From: Octopus sinensis
Lineage: Eukaryota
Reading direction: 5' to 3'
Length of the DNA stretch: 64,000 nucleotides
NCBI RefSeq assembly: GCF_006345805.1
Contig: NC_042997.1
Span: 125,674,001-125,738,000 of the forward strand
Shown: positions 25,381-37,511 of the stretch, piece by piece
How the letters are laid out: the number at the start of each line of letters is the position of its first letter
Position numbering within the stretch: position 1 is the stretch's first letter
Made by a program: the position numbers and the translations under genes
Notes under the pieces: model-generated
The model's input: only the letters and a program-made list of their open reading frames with translations
What the model was told of the DNA's origin: nothing
The model's database searches: none

Positions 25381-26479
25381 ATAAATACAGTGAAGGTAAT
25401 ATGATTTCTCTTTTTTTTTATATTTTGCCACAGGATTTTATTTTTGTGCTTAAAAGCTATTCATGTTTTAGAGGTTATTATTTTTCTAGGTTTTAATAGA
25501 AGTTTTTGTTATGCGTGTTATATCAGAAAATAAAGTACGGTTGTAATTTATAGTTTTATTTAACTCACAAAATATTTTCGCTTTCGTGCAATAGAATAAT
25601 AGAGAATAAATGTGCAATTAATAGATACTGATATTTTTATGAAATTTATTACCTTAATGGTAGAAAACAGGTCGCCTTTGATAGCAATTTTTTTAATGTT
25701 TACTACTACAAATTTTTACTCAAAAATTTTTATTACAAATTTTTAATTTTTAAATTTTCATAGAAATAAATTTCATGATAATAAAACTAATTAAAAGCAA
25801 TATTCGAAAATTCGTTATTATTCGATAAATTTTTCAAATTTTATTTTTGTTAAAAGTTTTCAATTATTTCAAGTGACCTGCTTTTATTGTTAACCATTTA
25901 TTTCGAAATTGAAGTGATTTTTTTCTCACAAATGATATCAGGAGAGGGGGGGAGCTGACAGAAAAATTGAAGATTCCAATAGAGCGTAAGCTAAAAAATA
26001 GAAAGAATGAGGACCACTGCCTCTAGACGACGATGGTAAGTATCCTATGATCAAGTCACAGGCCATTGATCTTATACAGGATGATCAATCAGTTTGTTTT
26101 GGAGGAACCAAGACAGCGAGGTAAATTTCTACAACATTTGAAGGATTTGGTGATCAATGATGTTATTGGAAGCCGACCAACAAATTGTGGAGATCTTTTC
26201 ACCCGATTTTCACACTGAAGCTTTCATTCCTGTTTTACATTGGATTTTCCCTGAACTCTGACGTCCTTTTCCGCTGAAAATAGAAATATCGTGAAGAACT
26301 TTACTCATGTTTTCCCAAGAGTAACCAGCTTCTCAACACTAATAGTCATCCATTTGCTCTAGGACCTTATAATGCTGCTAAAATGCTTGTCTTGAAGGCC
26401 ATCGTTCTTCCTTTCGTGGTAAAAACCATGGCATAGCAAGCTAAAAATAACTAAAGCTATATATGCATGTGTGTGTGTG

Positions 26480-26670
26480 TGTGTCACCACCGCTTGGCAA
26501 CCGGTGTTAGTGTGTTTACATCCCTCGTTACTTAGCGGTTCGGAAAAACACACCGATAGAATAAGTACCTGGATCAAAAGAAAAGTACTGGGGTCAGTTC
26601 ATTCAACTAAAATACTTCAAAGCAGTGCTCCAGTATGGCTTCAGTCTAATGACAGAAACAAGTGAAAGAA
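26480..26670 (+). mobile_element. SINE-B 3' half
   Basis: Family-B tail motifs. Confidence 0.7.
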
Positions 26671-26754
26671 AACAGATAAGGATTAAAGTTGGATATTAAC
26701 GTCTTCTCAGTTCCTTTGTGAAAGTATATTTTTTTGACGTAAGTGGGTGTACAG

Positions 26755-26876
26755 AAAGATAGAGAGATAGACAGGTAGGTAGGTAGGAAGGTAGGTAGGT
26801 AGGTAGCTAGGTAGGTAGCTAGCTAGGTAGCTAGCTAGCTAGCTAGGTAGATGGACAGACAGAGAGATAGATGGAC

Positions 26877-26949
<73 letters not shown>

Positions 26950-27381
26950 TGTTTCTTTATTAGCCACAGAGCTGAACACAGACGGGACAAATTACAAAGT
27001 AGAGCTTTTCTTTTGGGGGAGAAAAAAAGGGGGGAAGGTTTTCGATCAAAAGGGATCGTAAAAAAAAAGATAGATAGGGACAGACAGATAGTACCTTCGA
27101 AACGCGCATTAAGTCGAAACAGGGGCAGCTGAAGAAGGGGAATATTCCTTGTATTGTTTGTCTTGTACTCTGTTTTTTCGTTGTTAAAAAAAGTCCGTTT
27201 CCTTGTTTGATTTTATGTTTTCGTTTCTCGTTGTGTTCTACGAATATTTGTGGTGTCCTGTACTCATATATGCATGTATATATACATATAGATGTAGGTA
27301 TGTACATATATGTATGTATGCATATGTTTTATTTATTAAATTGTTATTAGATAGATAGATAGACAGACAAACAAACGGACT

Positions 27382-27447
<66 letters not shown>

Positions 27448-27455
27448 CAGATAGA
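26755..27455. repeat. (AGAT)n/(AGGT)n/(AGCT)n arrays enclosing a LINE-like 3' end (26950-27070, minus) and an unclassified repeat fragment
   Basis: Seen directly; the tail matches 16833-16880. Confidence 0.75.
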
Positions 27456-27970
27456 AGGTGGCATGTAATAGACTCGAACCCTGCTTAGCTACACAACCAT
27501 CCCTGTGTTCTTATACTGGTATGAAGCAATAAAAACGAAAAAAAGAAAAGAAAAAGTAACCCACTCCCCGCTCCTCATCCAAAATTTATTTCGCTGTTGG
27601 TAGTAATTGAACCTGCCAAGCTGCTTATAACAAACATGCCTGTTTGTTTCTCCACTTTTATTTATATCGAGAGATATACTATTGAGATAAAGTTGTTTAA
27701 AGTGAACAAACAAGCAAACTCCATGTCTGCCAGCCAAAATCATCATTTATATTGTTTGGCCAATAATATATTGCCACTGCTGCTCTCTGTCGGCCACCAA
27801 ACTTAATCTCAGTCCAGCTAATCACACTGGACGCGACGTAGGAAATGAAGGGGGGGAGGGGGTGCGACGGTGGCGGTGGTGGTGGTGGGGATCGTCGTCT
27901 TCGTGGCAACGGTGGTGCTGGCAGAGACGGTAGTGACGGCGCCGTAGAGATGGCGGTAGTGTTTCTGCTG

Positions 27971-28204
27971 AAGGCGGCGAGCCGGCAGAATCGTTAGCAC
28001 GCCGGGCGAAATGTGTAGCCGTATTTCGTCTGCAGCTACGTTCTGAGTTCAAATTCCACCGAGGTCGACTTTGCCTTTCATCCTTTCGGGGTCGATTAAA
28101 TAAGTACCAGTTACGCACTGGGGTCGATGTAATCGACTTAATCCGTTTGTCTGTCTTTGTTTGTCCCCTCTGTGTTTAGCCCCTTGTGGGTAGTAAAGAA
28201 ATAA
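27971..28204 (+). mobile_element. SINE-A monomer with 15-bp TSD
   Basis: GTAGTGTTTCTGCTG at 27956-27970 and 28205-28219. Confidence 0.9.
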
Positions 28205-29029
28205 GTAGTGTTTCTGCTGGGACTGATGGTGGTTGTGATGTTGTTTAGCCCCAGTTTAGCGTTAATTGAATAGCTCTATTGTCAAAAATATTCCATCCAT
28301 GACCATCCGGCTTTTTTAAAGGGTATTAAGGACTACATCCTCCACAGTACCCTTCCGTTATTTTTGATAATTGAGAATTGGAGAGTTGATTTGAGGAATA
28401 TCTGACTGCTATTTCAAGCAGGTCGGTATGACCGCCTGAGTTTCGTTCCTTGATAGTGTCTATTTGTGGTCGTAGCTATGATGGTAGCGCTGCTGGTGGT
28501 GGTGGTGGCGCTGGTGGTTTCGATGGAAAATTTTATACTAATGGTTGTTATGGTGTATCGGATGAACTCCAGATTCCCATCACCACCATCAACACCACCA
28601 TCAATCCCACCATCACCACCTCCATCACTCCATATCTACGATTTGTTGATAATTATATTTTTATTTCTAAACTTTGCACTGTTTTCTAACTCCCACGACC
28701 TGTCTGACATTATCTCCATTCTTTAACAGAACAGGCGAGCTCAAGGAAAACAAGAAGAAAATTTCGAGAAGAAAAACAAGACAAAACAATACCAAAGAAA
28801 AATTTGGTAAAATCTAAACGAACTTGAAGTAAAATTGGACGAATTCCATTTGAACATTTAGATTGCAACACGTTCTTGTCTTATCAGTTGTATCTATGGA
28901 AACATCGCTGAGTTTTCCCAACATCTCTTCGGCAATACCAGCAGCTTGGAAGTAGGAAGCTGAAGGAAACGGAGAAATAAGGAAGAGGAAAAAAAGTAGC
29001 CAAACAAATAACAACAACAACGGCAGTTT

Positions 29030-29400
29030 ATAACAGCATAAACAAAGAAGAAGAAGAACAACAAGAACAAGAACAAGAAGAAGAAAAAGAAGAAGAAATA
29101 AAACAAAGCAAAAAAAATAAAATAATGAAGATGAGCAAAGGAAAATGGCGGAAGTGAATGAAAAAGACGACGAGAAAAACAATACAAACAAATGAAGTGA
29201 AATTTTATGGTTGTTTTGTCCTAAAACTCTTAAAAATCTATATGAACAACAACAACGAGTTGAAGAAGAAGAAGAAGAAGAAAAGAAGAAGAAGAAGAAG
29301 AAGAAGAAGAAGAGAAGAAGAAGAAGAAGAAACAACTACTACTATTACTACTACTACTACTGCTATTACAATGGTGACCATGACCATAACGACGACGATA
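29030..29400. repeat. (AAG)/(AAC)/(ACT) low-complexity region
   Basis: Seen directly in the sequence. Confidence 0.9.
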
Positions 29401-30250
29401 TCAACAATGTTAGCGACGCCATAGTAAACAATGTGAAAGCATCTTTGAAATTCTATAATTATTTACATCAGCAAGTATAGATTGTTATTAAAGAAGACTT
29501 TCGGTAAATGTTCAGTGAAACGGAGCAGTCAAAACAAGTGAAGGGTCGATGGAAGCCTAACTTAGCATTTCCGATAGTCTGCCCGTGTTTTGTCTAACTC
29601 TCTTGCTTTAATATGGCGTTCAAACACATTGGCGTTATTATTGTTGTTAATGTATCATATTGTTGATTAATTCATGGCAAACAGATTTTACAATTGGAAG
29701 CAAAACAGAACTATTTTTATGAAGTGAAACTGTTTTGAAGAAAGATATATTTTATATCTTCATTGCCAACTAATTCACTTATGTCTGGGTGTATTTATAT
29801 ACCGGACACTAGATTGAAAATAGATTCACTGCTAACCGAGTCGATAGAATGTCGCCCAACATATCTAAAGCTCAATGTGTCAGTTAACTGCAGTTTGTTA
29901 CCGTGTGGATAATGAAAGTGTTATGTAACCGGTGAGTGTTTTGATAGCTTGCAATGCTGAGTTCAAATTCTCTCCAGGGCATTGAGAAAGTACCAAAAAA
30001 CTATCTTGGTGCATTCTTCCCAGGAAGAGGAAAATTTCTGTGATGATCACACAAACCAAAAAGAGCAACGTTGTGTTCCAAAGATATGCCCCCACTCACA
30101 AAGAATCAGAGGAAACCGAGAAAATAGATTTCCCTTGGTTTCAATGTTGAGTGCTCCAAATGTTCGATCAACGGAATGGCCTACTCACAGTAGCTAGGAC
30201 ATGTGCCACCTGGATAGTCCTTCAGTTTGCCGCTTGTACAGGCTTATACA

Positions 30251-30483
30251 TATTTCCTTACTACTCACAAGGGGCTAAACACAGAGGGAACAAACAAGGA
30301 CAGACAAACGGATTAAGTCGATTACATCGACCCCAGTGTTTAACTGGTACTTATTTAACCGACCCCGAAAGGACGAAAGGCAAAGTCGTCCTCGGCGGAA
30401 TTTGAACTCAGAGCGTAACGGCAGACAAATTACGGCTACGCATTTTGCCCGGCGTGCTAACATTTCTGCCAGCTCGCTGCCTT
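30251..30483 (-). mobile_element. SINE-A monomer with 16-bp TSD
   Basis: TGTACAGGCTTATACA at 30235-30250 and 30500-30515. Confidence 0.9.
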
Positions 30484-30859
30484 AAAGCCTGTATAAGCCT
30501 GTACAGGCTTATACAGTAGACCCAAAAGTACAGCCACCATCAAAGCGTCACCCGAGGTGAACCGCATCCCACCAGCCACGCAACTGCCCACTCATTGAAT
30601 TAGCGAGTAAGTGGCTATTTCACAGGCACATGCACCTGTATCCTTCACGTAATTCTCAAGGAGATCCAGCGTGACAATGTGGACAAGGCTGGATTTTTAA
30701 ATGTCAGATCCAGTCTATTCGACGGGTTCCAAGCATTTTCTGTCTACCCAATATCATTCGCAAGACTTGGTGCGACCCGAGGCTATAGAAAATGGAACCG
30801 CATAATAAAATGAACTTCTTAACTACTCAGTCATGTCTGTATAACAACTAAATAATCCT

Positions 30860-31065
30860 TTCTACTTAAAGGCACAAGGCCTGAAATTTTGGGGGAGGGG
30901 CAACCTCAGTACGCAACTGGTACTATATTTTAATTTATAGACCCCTGAAAGGATGGTAGGCAAAGTCAACCTCGGTGGAATTTGAGCTCAGTACGTAGCG
31001 ACTGGCGAGAAACCGCTAAGCATTTCGTCCGGCGTGCTAACGATTCTGCCAGCTCTCCGCCTTAG
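30860..31065 (-). mobile_element. SINE-A, alternative tail
   Basis: AGGCACAAGGCCTGAAATTTTGGGG..GCTAACGATTCTGCCAGCTC.CCGCC. Confidence 0.8.
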
Positions 31066-32189
31066 TAATACCTAAATAATAACTGGATGTATTGAATACA
31101 GTGACGAAAAGTAGTCAATAACTCGGACAAGAGAAATTTACGATGCTAACAGAATGTTATTCACAATACGATATTTTGCATTTTCCCAACTCACCGCAGT
31201 TGTGTTTGCGTAACAATTGAATAAAATCGGCATTATTGTTGGCGGAAAGAAGTAAGAAGTTCAAGGCTCGTGTGGGAGAAGCTTGTTAGTGCCTATGTGG
31301 AAGCAAGTCCAAGTGAAATACTCTCTGAAGCAGACAGAAGGAAATTACTTTTTTTTTTCTGAGGGATCACCAATATATACTGGCATGAAATTTAATTAGG
31401 TTATTTGCAGTTGGAGGAGAATTAAGTTTATTTAGGTTCACCTCTGATTCACCTAAGAAAATGGCGAATTTCTGACAGGTTAAACAAATACACAATTAGA
31501 GGACGAAGGAAGCAAATGCGAAAATTCAGGTCGCGAATCTGTTATATACCGACTCTGTCTGTGTCCATCAAAGAACGTTAATGCAACATAAAACAAGTCT
31601 GTTCTCAAGTAAGGTACCAAGTTCAAGAAATCAAATCTCCACCACAGAACCTTATTATATATCTACGTCATGACATCACTTTGTTCACCCGCTGTTACTC
31701 ACAATTCTTGGGACAGCCCGAGATTATAATAAATGACACTTGCTCAATATGCCATGCAGAGAGATACACTGCGGGATCTCGAGATTAAACGAAATCTGTA
31801 ACTATTTTGGCTTCACCTGCGACCACCAAAGAACGAAAATTATAACATTAAAACGTATTTCGTTGAAGCTTCAAGTCTGCTCTCAACGCACAAAGTTCTA
31901 GTGATAAGTAGTTTTATCAGTTCAAACCTCAACCATAGAGTCCTTATTGTATGTCTTCTTCACAATATCACTTTGTTCTAAAAGGAAGTCTAATCTTTTT
32001 ACATGGCCCTTGAATTATTGTCTTCGTGATGGAAACACAGATTAGTCCCAATTTTTTCTTAAAGAAATCCTTGTAGAACTCTCTCCCTGCACAGGTTCTC
32101 CTCATTCTGACCATTTGCCTGCAACAATTTGAATTAAATATAAACTACACACTTCTCCAATACCAAAGTCTAGCTTCAATCTTGGAAAA

Positions 32190-32480
32190 GTAAAGAAACT
32201 TTGATGAAATTGTTTAACTCGTGTTTCAAGCCACATTTTCAGGAAAATATTGGCAGAAGAATTTCAAAGTTTTACAGTTCCAGGGGAAAAAACAGGGTGG
32301 GGTGTTTAGTGCAGAGACTGGAGGGACGTGAGCGATTAAGAGTGGTGGAAGGTGTGACGAAAAGACCTGGGCGGAAGTGGTATGCAGATAGTTAGTTCAG
32401 CTGTGTGAACGCCATTGAAATAATGATCGAAGTAGCAAAGACAGTAAACAGTGTGTCTGTAAGCCAGTAATTAGAGTCTG
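32190..32480 (-). pseudogene. Decayed CR1/Jockey-like LINE 3' ORF
   Basis: ..RHTVYCLCYFDHYFNG..ELTICIPLPPRS.. and FFP..KL.NS.PANIFPEN-like segments across frameshifts. Confidence 0.5.
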
Positions 32481-32949
32481 GTGGTAATGAAGCATTTACC
32501 GATCACCGTTGTTCAAATGAAGAACAAATTGAAGGAAATTTAATTACTCAATAAATTTCGTAAAACTCGGTTCAGTTCGTGTGCTGCGAAGGAATTTATC
32601 TAAATTTAAGAACTTCTTGAAATAATTTTTGTCGACACAGACCATCACTAAATTCTTCTCAGTCTGAGTTTTTCATTAGTTAATCTATGTTGGGTAATTC
32701 AATGAAAGAATCTATCAGAAACTCAATATGTACTGAATTTAGATGTGCATACGGAAGACAATAAATTGAAGTTTTAATGATCTGTAGCATAGAACAAGAG
32801 GTGAATTCCTGGTCCCAGTAAGCCGAAACGGTGTCACAATTTCAGTCCCAGGTTGGAGATATTTCACTTTACCATATATTACAAATGTAGTCAGAAGGAG
32901 CATGAACGATGCACAATCCGGTTTCTCTTGCCTGAAATATCATTCATTT

Positions 32950-33370
32950 ATTTTACTTAAGCCCTTTTATCCCTGTAGAGCATAGGCCATCGACGATTAT
33001 TTTCGCCACTGTTTTCTACTCTGGTCTGTGAGCGCCGCTCTCGCTAAATGGGGAAAAGAGGAACCCACATATGTCTTTCCAGAGTAGAGTATCCCCGAAG
33101 GAAAGCCGTCCTTTCCCAGATTTTGTTGGTTTTGAATTGTCATCGATGCTTCTGTGACTTATTTTCGAGGTAAGGATGTTTATTGTACACAAGCCATTCT
33201 TACTTCTGGGAAGAGATTGTTCATATTAGTCCAGCCTCCGTCCATCGACCTGTCCAGCATGTGAGGCCCTACTAGGGACATGCAATCTGCTTGCAGAGCT
33301 CTTTCAGGCTCATTGACGCGCATATGCCCTCACATTGCAACAAGGACTGCACCTTGTGCTGGTACCTGAA
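32950..33370 (-). mobile_element. RTE-like LINE relic (3' end plus 5' UTR-like piece)
   Basis: AGAGCATAGGCCATCGACG (reverse complement of a WR..DGLCS-type end) and GACCTGTCCAGCATG.GAG.CCCTAC. Confidence 0.45.
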
Positions 33371-33689
33371 ATATTAGGTTAAAGATTATTTACTTATCTC
33401 TCAGTAAAAGGGGATATTTCAAGATGGTCCCAAATATATACTGTGTTGATATCTATTATTGTTGTAAATCATGTCATCTAAGGATCACAACAGCATCGAA
33501 GCCCATGAGGTTCGTGAATTCATGAATCTCTTGGAAAAAGGCCTATGGGAACAAATAGGCTTCGATGCTGTTGTGATCCGCCCAACCCATGCCAGCATGG
33601 AAAAATGGACGTTAAATGATGATGATGATGATGATGATGATTCTCTCCCCTGCTTTTCTTGATTCCTCATTACATATGTTTGTTGTTGT

Positions 33690-33970
33690 TTGTTCCTTCT
33701 CGAGCCACGCCTGACTCATAAGGGCCGGTTTCCCGGTTTCCTTGGCGTATAGGTTCCCCACCTGGACAGGACGCCGGTCCATCGCAGGTGAGCAGCAAAA
33801 TGCAGGAGGAAAGAGCGAGAGAAAGTTGTGGCGAAAGAGTCAGCAGAAGTTCGCCAATACTTCCTGCCGGAGCCGCGTGGAGCTTAGGTGTTTCGCCCGA
33901 TCTGAGATTTGAACCCGCGATCCCTCGACCGCGGGTCCACTGCTCTAACCACTAGGTCATGTGCCTCCAC
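33690..33970 (-). mobile_element. SINE with family-D-type head and V-domain-like tail
   Basis: Reverse complement AACACCTAAGCTCCACGCGGCTCCGGCAGG..CTGCGATGGACCGGCGTCCTGTCCAGG. Confidence 0.75.
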
Positions 33971-34510
33971 CATTACATATGTAATTTTAATTAACTAAAC
34001 TTTTTTGGTTCACTAAATTCTGTCAACACCAGATTTACAAAGTATGTTCATAAATGTGAGACCAATTACATATGAGAGTGAAGAAGGGATCTTTCCCTCT
34101 CGCCCTAAATACAGACGAACATAACCTCCAATATTATTATGCTACGGTGATACAAAATATATCTTCCTCCTATAAATATGTTCTAAACATTAAACATATT
34201 TCCACATACTGAACTGTTTGGCAATCATGATATGTTAAAAATAACCTCATGTTAGTTCCTTACATTGTTTTAAGATTTATAGCAAGGTTAATAACCTATG
34301 TTTTGCAATGAAACACTCCCACGTTACAGAGTTCCACCCTTAACAGCCAGTGTTTAAGTATTTAGAAGTTGGTGTTGGAAATATAGTGGTACCCTAGACA
34401 ATATTTAGTGGAGACCGACAAACAATTTTTTCAGGCTATTGCTGACTAGTGTTATGACTCAATCGTTCTTTTGCTCTACAGCTTTGTCGCTCTATATCTA
34501 TATAACCATA

Positions 34511-34926
34511 AGGCGGCGAGCCGGCAGAATCGTTAGCACGCCGGGCGAAATGCTTCGCGGTATTTCGTATGCCGCTACGTTCTGAGTTCAAATTCCGCCG
34601 AGGTCGACTTTGCCTTTCATCCTTTCAGGGTCGATAAATTAAGTACCAGTTACGCACTGGTGTCGATATAATCGACTTAATCCCTTTGTCTGTCCTTGTT
34701 TGTCCCCTCTGTGTTTAGTCCCTTGTGGGTAGTAAAGAAATAGGTATTTCGTCTGCAGCTACGTTCTGAGTTCAAATTCCGTCGAGGTCGACTTTGCCTT
34801 TCATTCTTTCGGGGTTGATAAATAAAGTACCAGTTACGCACTGAGGTTGATGCAATCGACTTAATCCTTTTGTCTGTCCTTATTTGTCCCCTCTATGTTT
34901 AGCCCCTTGTGGGCAATAAAGAAATA
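34511..34926 (+). mobile_element. SINE-A dimer with 18-bp TSD
   Basis: TATATCTATATAACCATA at 34493-34510 and 34927-34944. Confidence 0.92.
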
Positions 34927-35422
34927 TATATCTATATAACCATATATCTTCGTATCCCTATGACTTTATAAAGCTGGAGATGTGTGCCTATGTGTTTGTG
35001 TGTATGTGTGTGTGTTGCTTTATAGATCCATAAAACTGTAACAGCAGCTTTATAGTTCTATGGTTAGGTTACTCTGTCGCTTTATTACTCTGTAGTCCTC
35101 TAACATATATAGCAATGAAGACAATATAACACTACAGCTCAAGAGAGGAGGAAAATATCCAAATGTATAATTCTATAGCTTTGTGGCTCTAAAGCTCTGT
35201 GGTTTCATAGTTATGTACCTCTCTAATTACCGAGTTTTATAGTACTGTACCTTTATAGTATTGTACCTTTGTTTCACAGCTCTATGTAGCTCTGAAGCTT
35301 TAAGGCCCTTGCTCTACATCGCTTTAAGGTCTTTGCTCTACATCGCTATTGCACCACTGCTCAATGATGTTTTTAGTTCTATACCGCAATATGTTTTTAT
35401 AGCTTTGTAGCTTCGTTAGATC

Positions 35423-36080
35423 TTTACCTTTTGACCTACAGATTTTAAAAATATTTTTTGCAACTAAACACTTTCAAACTTCCGACACTGGTAGAATGTG
35501 TCATATAAAACATCTTTTACTCTTAGCATTTTTGAGAAAAACTTATATTTACGAAGTTATTTCACGTTAAAGTTCTTGTATTTCGGTAATTTCAACCAAT
35601 CAATGACATGTATTCAGCTGAATAAAATTACTGCCGTTGTTTGTCAACAAGAACTTCCGGCAGTGTATATTTCGTTCGTCACTGTTATTTATGATAACCC
35701 TAAGTCTAAAACCCTAACCCCAACCCTAAAACCTTAACCTTAACTCAAAAACCCTAACCCTAAAACCGTTACCCTAACCCTAAAACCAGTACAAACGCAT
35801 GAACGATGTCATAAATAACAGTGACAAGAGAATATATACCGCCGATGGTTGTTGTTGACAAACAAAAGCAGTAATTTTATTCAGTTGAATACACGTCATT
35901 GATTGGTTGAAATTACCGAAATACGAGAACTTTAACGTGAAATAACTTCGTAAATATAAGTTTTTCTCAAAAATGCTAAGAGTAAAACATATTTTGTATG
36001 ACACATTCTACCAATGTCCGAAGTTTGAAAGTGTTTAATTGCAAAAAATTATTTTTTAAATATGTAGGTCAAAAGGTAAA
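35423..36080. mobile_element. Fold-back/MITE with ~270-bp TIRs and a telomere-like (CCCTAA) core
   Basis: Arms 35423-~35695 and ~35805-36080 are reverse complements, giving near-identical ORFs 35498+ and 35780-; the core is rich in CCCTAA variants. Confidence 0.85.
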
Positions 36081-37077
36081 CATCCGCTTCGTTTCTGTGT
36101 AACCCTATAGCAGGGGTCGGCAACCTTCTTATGTCATTGCCAGGTACTGCTATAACTCGATCATGGTATTGTTAATTTATTGACTCCCATAATGTAAATT
36201 TCTAATATACAATCAAGTGTAATTAATAACGAATTTCCTGATTTAGAAATAATTCCCTTTGTTCTTTTGCGCCATTATCGTCTTTTTATAAGAAATATTT
36301 AAAGAAATTTAATAAAATTGCTGAACGAAATTGGTAAAGAATGAACAAGATCCAATCATATTTTATTAATGTAGTCGGAATATTTGTGCGAAATATGTGT
36401 TTGATGAATACGAGTTGTTGCATTGACAGAAAATTAGTGTAGTTTTGGCCTTAAATTGATTAAAATACCCAAGGATCAGGTGCTAATGTTAAAGCGAGAA
36501 ATGGACTTAGAAAGTGAACGATCCATTAGACGAAATTCTACAGTTTCCTTCTCCCAAATTTCACTCCCAAAACTTTGGTCAATCTGATGCTGCTGTTGTT
36601 GTTGCTGTTAAGCAACAAGACGGGTAAGGGTGATTAGGTGATGGTCTAGGGCTTAGGGGCGAAAGACCCCAGACCTTGGAAAAAAAAACTTTGGTCGTGT
36701 TGTTGTAGTCGAGGGCTCTTCGTTGACGCCCGACACCACTGGGAGGTGGCCCTCGAAGTCACTGGAACGGCTGATGCTGTTGTAGAAGATAGTTGCCCCA
36801 TGATGCTGCGAAATCATAAAGCGGCAATGCGAACAATTTTTTTTAACTGAATGCTTGTACCTACGCCTAATAAAATAAAGTGTGTTTTACAGAGATTTAG
36901 CTTCTATTTTAGCAGATCGAGTGGCTATGAAAAAGCTTCCCTCACTGGATCTAGTTTATGGAAACTTTAGTTCCTCCGGTTAAGTATCGGAGAGAAAAGA
37001 GAGAAAAGCATGCTAGAAAGAAAAGAACATGTTCATTAGCTGCCGGATAAAAGGGAGAGAGAGAGAGAGAGAGAGAG

Positions 37078-37185
37078 ATACTCCTTCGGCAAAGGTGTCG
37101 AATAAAAGAGAGATACTCCTTCGGCAAAGGTGTCGAATAAAAGAGAGAGAGATACTCCTACGGCAAAGGTGTCGAAGAAAAGAGG
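37078..37185. repeat. Three tandem 35-39-bp units (GATACTCCTTCGGCAAAGGTGTCGAATAAAAGAGA)
   Basis: Seen directly; there are no spacers. Confidence 0.85.
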
Positions 37186-37422
37186 AAGAATTCTATTTAG
37201 TATTCTGCGCTTATACTTACCGAAAATTGGATGTAGGTCGGAGAACAATGGAAAGTGTATAAGTTTAGCTCTATTGAACTGGGGAAAACAATAAGACTTA
37301 CCTAAGTATGACAGTTGGCTGTCATAAATTTCGAAGTACTAATGCCGAGAACAATAGAAAGGAGCTTACGGAAAAATCTAGACTAAGGTTTCGATTCCCG
37401 GCTAAGAATACAGGAAACGATG

Positions 37423-37509
<87 letters not shown>

Positions 37510-37511
<2 letters not shown>

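Larger units (their letters stand above)
23401..26019 (+). mobile_element. Charlie/Buster-type hAT DNA transposon, internally deleted
   Basis: Ends CAGCGTTTTCCAGC and GAGGACCACTG; flanks ATCTAGAC (23393-23400) and CTCTAGAC (26021-26028) match the NTCTAGAN TSD; internal transposase relic. Confidence 0.75.

Noticed and set aside
27085-27145. Permuted hammerhead-like words (CCTTCGAAACGCGC..CTGAAGAAGG)
   Set aside because: There is no U16.1/H17 site and no stem I; the order is not compatible with a foldable core.
28814-28959. Minus-strand exon candidate ASYFQAAGIAEEMLGKLSDVSIDTTDKTRTCCNL..
   Set aside because: The acceptor pyrimidine tract is explained by the adjacent (AAG)n low-complexity DNA; there is no clear donor and no recognised homolog.
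36645-36675. TAGGGGCGAAAGAC match to a 28S rRNA segment
   Set aside because: Only ~14 nt match and the flanks do not resemble rRNA; it is more likely a retroelement UTR relic.
37078-37185. CRISPR-like appearance of ~36-bp hairpin repeats
   Set aside because: There are no unique spacers or cas genes, and the context is eukaryotic.
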